DNA from: Dehalococcoidia bacterium
GTDB taxonomy: Bacteria; Chloroflexota; Dehalococcoidia; Lucifugimonadales; JAGWBF01
Direction of reading: 5' to 3'
Length of the DNA stretch: 64,000 nt
NCBI GenBank assembly: GCA_965207935.1
Contig: CBDBNM010000002.1
Location: 77,692 to 141,691 of the forward strand
The translations under genes were made by a program, and so were the position numbers. Shown in pieces: positions 58,381 to 64,000 of this stretch; position 1 is the stretch's first letter; every line of letters starts with the position of its first letter. The notes beneath the pieces are model-generated. The model worked only from the letters and a program-made list of their open reading frames with translations. It was not told the origin of the DNA and searched no databases.

Positions 58381-60315
58381 CTAGACGTCCAGTTCCTTGA
58401 CGCTGCGGGCGTGGGTGTTGATGAACTCCTTGCGAGGGGCCACCTCATCACCCATCAGGTCGGTGAAGGTGTCATCGGCTTCCATGGCATCGTCGATAGA
58501 CACCTGGAGCATGGTGCGGGTCTCGGGATTCATGGTGGTCTCCCAGAGCTGGTCCGGGTTCATCTCACCCAAACCCTTGTACCTCTGCACCATAACGCTG
58601 CGCTTGCCGTTCATGGAAGCGACCAGCTTCTCCTTGTGGGCATCGCTGAAGGCGTAGTTGGCGTTTTTGCCGGACTGGACACGATAGAGGGGCGGCTGGG
58701 CAATGAAGAGGTGCCCACTCTTGATCAACTCCTCCATGCGTCGGAAGAAGAAGGTGAGGAGCAGAGTGCGGATGTGGGAGCCGTCCACGTCGGCGTCGGT
58801 CATTATGATAACCTTGTGGTAACGCAGCTTCTCCAGGTTGAACTCCTCGCCCTCGCCCGCTCCAAGGGCGGCGATAAGGGCGCGGATCTCCTCGTGGCCC
58901 AGTATCTTGTCGGGCTGACGCAGCACCCGCTCCACGTTCAGGATCTTGCCCTTCAGGGGCAAGATGGCCTGGAAACGCCGGTCCCGGCCCATCTTGGCTG
59001 AGCCGCCGGCGGACTCGCCCTCCACTACATATATCTCGGAAAGCTCGGGGTTGCGCTCGGAGCAGTCGGCCAGCTTTCCGGGCAGGGAGGAGCCGTCCAG
59101 GGCGTTCTTGCGTATGACCAGCTCCCGGGCCTTCTTGGCCGCTTCCCTAGCCTTCTGGGCTGTGACGCAGTTGTCGATGATCCTCTTGCCCTCGGCGAGA
59201 TGCTCTTCCAGGTACTGGGACAGGGCCTCGCCGACCAGGGTCTCGACGATGCTCTTCACCTCGGCGTTCCCCAACTTGGTCTTGGTCTGTCCCTCGAACT
59301 GGGGATCGGTCAGCTTGAGGCTGATGACGGCGGTGAGGCCCTCGCGGACATCTTCTCCCGCCAGGTTCGCTTGGTCGTCCTTGAGGAGTTTCTGCTTGCG
59401 GGCATAGTCGTTGATCACCCGGGTGACGGCCGCGCGGAAGCCGGTAAGGTGGGTGCCCCCTTCCTCGGTGGGGATGCAGTTAGCGAAGGACAAGACGTGT
59501 TCACTGTAGCCGTCGTTGTACTGGATGGCCGCCTCGACGATGGTGTCCTCCACGGCTTTCTGCATGTAGAAGGGCTTGTCCTGGAGAACCTTGCGATGGC
59601 TGTTAATGCTTCGGACGAGGCTGGCGAGCCCGCCGTCGAAGTAGTAGCTGCGTTCTATGTCGCCGTCCCGCTCGTCCTCGTGCCAGTAGCTGGTGAAGTG
59701 CACTTCGAGGCCCTTGTTCAGGTAGGCGATCTCCTTGAAGTGGGCCGTCAGCACATCGAAGTCGTATTGGACATCGGTGAAAATCTCCGCGTCGGGCAGG
59801 AAGCGGATGGATGTGCCGGAAGATGCAGGGTTGTCGGAGGAATGTTTTTCCTTGCTCATGTTCCCCATGGATTCCCCGCGGCTGTACTTCTGGGTGGCCA
59901 CTACTCCATCCCGGCGCACTTCCACTTCCATTTGAGCAGACAGGGCGTTGACAACCGAAGCCCCCACACCATGAAGACCGCCTGACACCTTGTATGCCCC
60001 CCCTCCGAACTTGGCTCCGGCGTGGAGGGTCGTCATGACAGTTTCCAGGGCCGTGAGCCCGGTGGTGGGATGGATGTCTATGGGTATGCCGCGCCCATCA
60101 TCGAAGACGTGGACGATGCCGTCCTTCTGGATGGTTATGTCAACACCGGAACAGTGCCCGGCCATGGCTTCATCAACGCTGTTGTCCACGATCTCGTAGA
60201 TCAGGTGATGAAGGCCCCTCTGGTCGGTGCTTCCGATGTACATGCCAGGCCTTCGGCGGACGGCCTCCAAGCCTTGAAGGACCTGGATGTCTTTGGCAGT
60301 GTACTTTACCGTCAT
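58381..60315 (-). CDS. gyrB: DNA gyrase subunit B
   Basis: 644 aa with LEAVRRRPGMYIGS, HHLIYEIVDNSVDEA, GGLHGVGASVVNALS, the EGESAGGSAK TOPRIM motif and IMTDADVDGSHI. Confidence 0.95.
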   Translation of the reverse strand: MTVKYTAKDIQVLQGLEAVRRRPGMYIGSTDQRGLHHLIYEIVDNSVDEAMAGHCSGVDITIQKDGIVHVFDDGRGIPIDIHPTTGLTALETVMTTLHAGAKFGGGAYKVSGGLHGVGASVVNALSAQMEVEVRRDGVVATQKYSRGESMGNMSKEKHSSDNPASSGTSIRFLPDAEIFTDVQYDFDVLTAHFKEIAYLNKGLEVHFTSYWHEDERDGDIERSYYFDGGLASLVRSINSHRKVLQDKPFYMQKAVEDTIVEAAIQYNDGYSEHVLSFANCIPTEEGGTHLTGFRAAVTRVINDYARKQKLLKDDQANLAGEDVREGLTAVISLKLTDPQFEGQTKTKLGNAEVKSIVETLVGEALSQYLEEHLAEGKRIIDNCVTAQKAREAAKKARELVIRKNALDGSSLPGKLADCSERNPELSEIYVVEGESAGGSAKMGRDRRFQAILPLKGKILNVERVLRQPDKILGHEEIRALIAALGAGEGEEFNLEKLRYHKVIIMTDADVDGSHIRTLLLTFFFRRMEELIKSGHLFIAQPPLYRVQSGKNANYAFSDAHKEKLVASMNGKRSVMVQRYKGLGEMNPDQLWETTMNPETRTMLQVSIDDAMEADDTFTDLMGDEVAPRKEFINTHARSVKELDV

Positions 60316-60613
60316 CTTCCCCCACTTCCCTACATCGACTCTATCCCGCCGTCGGATCTTGCCCTGCTAATTCGAAGGCACCGAACTATGCGGGCATATT
60401 GGCGGAACGTTTGTTGGCGCATGTTCCAATGCAACCTGAGGTACACATAAATTATACCATCTTGGTATAGATTATGTCGTATCTAAACAGCTTGGATTTT
60501 CCGTGATTTTCGGCCACAAATCAACCGATTCAGGGGAGATACTGCACCTGAGTGTATAATCATGCCCTGTACCCGCCTGGAAACCCCTCTCATTCAGAAA
60601 GAATTGACCGCTC

Positions 60614-61918
60614 TTGAATCCCCGCGCTTGGATACCCGGATCAGGCACAAAGAACATCTACTACGGCTGGAAGGTGGTAGCCGCATCCTGCTTCATGATG
60701 TTCTTTGCCAGCGGCATCTTCTTCAGGGGCTTCTCCGTATTCTTCGTTCCCCTGAGGGACTCTCTCCACCTCACCAACTTTCAGACTTCCCTGGTCTTCT
60801 CAATATCCCGGGCTGAAGGGGGCCTCGAGGGCCCGGCGGCAGGATACCTGATTGACAAGTTCGGGAACCGCATACTAGCGGTGCTGGGCATCATAATTGC
60901 GGGCATCGGATACCTGGTGTTCGCCCGGGCGGACAATTTCATCACCTTCGCCCTTGTGTACCTTGGCATGATCTCCCTGGGCGCCAGCGTGTCGTTCCAG
61001 CATGCCATATTCGCGGGGCTGAATATGTGGTTTATCCGGAACCGGGCGCTGGCTCTGTCCATACTTGCCTCCTCGGCCGCCCTGGGCGGCGTTGTGCTGA
61101 TCCCGCTGCTAACTATCTTGATCTCCCGCGCAAGCTGGGAATGGGCAGCTTTCATTTCGGGGCTGATATTTCTTGTGCTGGTGCTCCCTTTCACCCTTGT
61201 CCTCAAGACCTCTCCTGAAAGTATGGGACTGCTTCCCGACGGGGATGCCCCCGCCTCCGGCCCTCGGCCTGCTAGAGAGCAGGGGGCCTCCACGGGGCGC
61301 ACCGCCATCGACCCCAGGGACTTCAGCATCTCGGAGGCGCTACGAACCAGCGCCTATTGGCTGCTCCTTTTGGGAATGGTCCTGCGCCAGCTTGCCATTA
61401 TGGGCATCCTGGTTAATCTCCAGCCCCTGCTCATCTGGAAGGGGGCCAGCCTGGAGACCGCCGGCTATCTGATCTCCCTGATGCTGGCCACCAACGTGGT
61501 GGCCAGGGTTGCCATCGGCTGGGCCGCGGACCGCTGGCCCAAGCCCCCAATAATGACTCTGTGCTCGGCCGCGGGCTCCCTGGCCTGCGTGCTGATCATC
61601 GTGGGGTCATGGGATACCTCTCCCTGGGCTGTGGTGCTGTACCTCATATTGACCGGCATCGGGGAGAGCGTGGGCATCATCGGCTGGGCGGCCCTGGGCG
61701 ACTATTACGGGAGGCGCAAGTTCGCGACTCTTCGGGGCATAATCACCTTCTCCCAGAGCGGAGTGCTGGTGGGGTCTCCCATGTTCGTCGGCTGGTGGGC
61801 AGACCACACCGGAGGCGACTACACCTTCCCCTTATTGTTGTGCCTGGTGTTTCTGGGAACCACGGCCCTTTGCTTTGCCCTTATGAAGAAACCCAGCAGG
61901 AGACCCGCAGCCGGGTAA
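60614..61918 (+). CDS. MFS transporter (oxalate/formate antiporter-like)
   Basis: 434 aa with 12 predicted hydrophobic segments and an N-terminal YYGWKVVAASCFMMFFASG. The exact start is uncertain. Confidence 0.7.
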   Translation: MNPRAWIPGSGTKNIYYGWKVVAASCFMMFFASGIFFRGFSVFFVPLRDSLHLTNFQTSLVFSISRAEGGLEGPAAGYLIDKFGNRILAVLGIIIAGIGYLVFARADNFITFALVYLGMISLGASVSFQHAIFAGLNMWFIRNRALALSILASSAALGGVVLIPLLTILISRASWEWAAFISGLIFLVLVLPFTLVLKTSPESMGLLPDGDAPASGPRPAREQGASTGRTAIDPRDFSISEALRTSAYWLLLLGMVLRQLAIMGILVNLQPLLIWKGASLETAGYLISLMLATNVVARVAIGWAADRWPKPPIMTLCSAAGSLACVLIIVGSWDTSPWAVVLYLILTGIGESVGIIGWAALGDYYGRRKFATLRGIITFSQSGVLVGSPMFVGWWADHTGGDYTFPLLLCLVFLGTTALCFALMKKPSRRPAAG

Positions 61919-61945
61919 GGGTTTCGCACGATTGGAAAGAGCTGG

Positions 61946-63130
61946 CTAGAGGCCGAACTTGCGGGCCGTCTGGCGGAACCCCTCCAGGGAGCCTTCGAGC
62001 ACCCGGTCCTCGACGCAGTAGGAGATGCGGAAGAATCCGGGGGAGCCGAAGGTGCGGCCCGGCACGGCAAGGACGTTCCAGGACTGCAGCTCGTCTATGA
62101 AGGCATCATCGTCCTCCACGGGAGACTCGGGGAACAGGTAGAAGGCGCCCTGGGGCTTGAAGCAGGTGTAGCCCATGCCAACCAGCTCTACGTAGATGAA
62201 GTCCCGCTTGCGCTGGTAGTCGGCCACATCCACGCTTACCCCCTGCAGGTCGCGGACAGCGTGCTGCATCAGGGCAGGGGCGTTGACGAAGCCCAGGATG
62301 CGGTTGCAGAAGGTGAGCCCGTCCACCAGGTCTCGCCGGTCGTCGTAGGACGGGTTAACGGCGATGTGACCGATCCTCTCACCGGGGAGGGCCAGGTCCT
62401 TGGCGTGGGAGTGGACCGCTATGGATGGGCCGTAGTGGGGGAATACATGGGGGTAGCTCAGCCCATCGTACAGGAGCTGCCTGTAGGGTTCGTCGCTGAC
62501 AAGAAAAATCTCGGTGCCGAAGGCACTGCTCTTGTCCCGCAGCAGACCGCAGAGGGCGCCTATCCGTTCGGCTGAGTACACAGCCCCCGAGGGATTGTTG
62601 GGCGAGTTTATAAGCACCGCCCTAGTCCTGGGCGTTATCAAGGAATCAAGGGTGCCCAAGTCGGGCTGGAAGCAGTCGTCGGTGGGGGCCACCACGGCGA
62701 CCCCGCCATGGTTGTCGACGTAGTACCGGTACTCAACGAAATAGGGCGCGAAGAAGATTATCTCATCGCCGGGGTCGATCAGGGCTTTGAGCACGACGTT
62801 CAGTGCCGCAGCCGCCCCGCAGGTCATGATCACATCCTGCATCTCGAAAGGAAGGCCTGTCTCTGCCTTCAGCCCCTCGGCCACTGCCCTGCGGGTTTCG
62901 GGGTAGCCCGCGTTGGGCATGTAGCGATGCATCCCGGGACGTGGCTCCTGGGCCAGCCCTTGAAGCACCTGCCGAAACTCGCCCGGCGGCTCAGCCACCG
63001 GGTTCCCCAGGGAAAGGTCGAACACTTTGTCTTCGCCGTGCTGGGCCTTGAGAGCAATGCCCGCCTCGAACATCTTGCGGATCGCGCTCCCCTCTTCTGC
63101 CAGCCCTCGTATCTTGGATGAAATTGCCAT
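61946..63130 (-). CDS. PLP-dependent aminotransferase, class I/II (aspartate/alanine aminotransferase-like)
   Basis: 394 aa with LSLGNP, NSPNNPSGAVY, and HSHAKDLALPGERIG (the PLP lysine context). Confidence 0.85.
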   Translation of the reverse strand: MAISSKIRGLAEEGSAIRKMFEAGIALKAQHGEDKVFDLSLGNPVAEPPGEFRQVLQGLAQEPRPGMHRYMPNAGYPETRRAVAEGLKAETGLPFEMQDVIMTCGAAAALNVVLKALIDPGDEIIFFAPYFVEYRYYVDNHGGVAVVAPTDDCFQPDLGTLDSLITPRTRAVLINSPNNPSGAVYSAERIGALCGLLRDKSSAFGTEIFLVSDEPYRQLLYDGLSYPHVFPHYGPSIAVHSHAKDLALPGERIGHIAVNPSYDDRRDLVDGLTFCNRILGFVNAPALMQHAVRDLQGVSVDVADYQRKRDFIYVELVGMGYTCFKPQGAFYLFPESPVEDDDAFIDELQSWNVLAVPGRTFGSPGFFRISYCVEDRVLEGSLEGFRQTARKFGL

Positions 63131-63142
63131 ACGTCCCTCTGG

Positions 63143-63733
63143 TTACGGGGATTCTCCGCCCACGCTCATCAGCAGGTAATTTCGGGTTTCGACGGACACA
63201 GGGTGCACCAAGCTTCCCTGCTGGAACAGGGCGGTCAGCTCCCGGCTAAGGAAGTCCAGAACCGCTCCATCAAGGCTGCTTTCCGCCAGCTCCGCCAGCT
63301 GCGGCAGGTAAGGGTAGCGGTCTATCTTCCTGGGGTCCAGCTTGTCGGACAGGAAGACCACCTTCCCTGCGTCATCCAAGCCGGGATGGGCGGTGCTGTG
63401 CCAATAGACGGCTTCATGGATCGTATCGTCGTCCAGTCCCTCCTGTTGCCTGAGCAGCTCCGCTGCCACAGGGCCGTGGAGCAGGATAGGCACCTGCTCT
63501 TCCAGCGCATGGACGGGCACCTTTAGCTTCCTGGCCATCTTGAGCAGGTCTTCGCCCTTCATTGCCCGGGCCAAGTCGTGGGCCAAGGCTCCCAGCTTAG
63601 TCGTCTCTTCATCGATTCCGTGGTGCCGGGACAGGTGTTCAGCCACGGACACCACGCGGGATATGTGCTGCTGCAGTCCCCTGGGCAAAAGGCTGACCTT
63701 CTGCTCCAGTAGCTCCTGTAGGCCGGCCGTCAA
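63143..63733 (-). CDS. yqeK: HD-domain hydrolase, YqeK family
   Basis: HISRVVSVAEHL...GALAHDLARA...LLHGPVAA...AVYWHSTA. Confidence 0.7.
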   Translation of the reverse strand: MTAGLQELLEQKVSLLPRGLQQHISRVVSVAEHLSRHHGIDEETTKLGALAHDLARAMKGEDLLKMARKLKVPVHALEEQVPILLHGPVAAELLRQQEGLDDDTIHEAVYWHSTAHPGLDDAGKVVFLSDKLDPRKIDRYPYLPQLAELAESSLDGAVLDFLSRELTALFQQGSLVHPVSVETRNYLLMSVGGESP

Positions 63734-64000
63734 CTCCGGTTGTTGCCCAAGGGGAGAAGTGGTTCGCCGCCGAGGAGGTGAACATGGGTGTGGTCAACCG
63801 TCTGGCCTGAGTCGGACCCTTGGTTGATCACCAGCCGGTAGCCGCTGACGGTAACTTCCTCCCGGCGCGCCATCTCTTCCGCCACCAGGAATATGTGTCC
63901 CATCATCTGCTCCTGGCCAGGGCCGACGTAGGCCAGGGAGGCCATGTGGTGCAGGGGGAGAATGAGCAGGTGCACCGGGGCTTGGGGCTGGATGTCCCTG
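63730..64000 (-). CDS. HIT-family (histidine triad) protein, 5' end outside the window
   Basis: YRLVINQGSDSGQTVDHTHVHLLGG (HxHxHxx). The frame stays open to the window edge (…DIQPQAPVHLLILP). Confidence 0.75.
   Translation of the reverse strand, partial: RDIQPQAPVHLLILPLHHMASLAYVGPGQEQMMGHIFLVAEEMARREEVTVSGYRLVINQGSDSGQTVDHTHVHLLGGEPLLPLGNNRS

Overview
High-GC bacterial chromosome segment. A Chloroflexota-like origin is a guess only, from the T-box-controlled ilv-leu operon, the archaeal-type FBP aldolase/phosphatase and the REP-like repeats.

The right half (35-64 kb) is mostly housekeeping: sfsA, pyrF, methylmalonyl-CoA mutase large subunit, FBP aldolase/phosphatase, rdgB, moaA/moaC, ilvBNC-leuACD behind a T-box leader, gyrB, transporters and an aminotransferase. 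It is interrupted by a more AT-rich type II R-M cassette and by a UGA-containing UGSC-type selenoprotein gene that the ORF track splits in two.

The left half is accessory:
- An AT-richer patch holds a PIN-like gene and a frameshifted AbiTii-like gene.
- An intact IS21 element (istA/istB) sits next to a 3' fragment of tRNA-Val.
- An AtzG-like/amidase pair follows.
- A 2099-aa cadherin/FN3 surface protein contains six ~603-bp tandem coding repeats.

The most interesting object is a ~17.8-kb block (17.36-35.15 kb) wedged between cobO and an intact tRNA-Ile(GAU).
- It is bounded by a 13/14-nt direct repeat of the tRNA 3' end plus perfect 12-bp inverted repeats.
- All of its genes lie on the minus strand.
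- It carries a large serine recombinase whose ORF reads across the junction.
- It carries three consecutive PD-(D/E)xK-like nuclease genes plus a DUF4238-like gene.
- It carries an RHH antitoxin with a nonsense-disrupted PIN toxin.
- It contains a 3.4-kb ORF-poor tract of degenerate ~0.5-0.65-kb tandem modules.
- It carries a four-gene HTH / 1212-aa N6A-methyltransferase / orphan VapC / PLD-SNF2 helicase operon, in which the methyltransferase carries an antitoxin-like C-terminal tail.

All functional calls come from motif recognition by eye. No database search was run.
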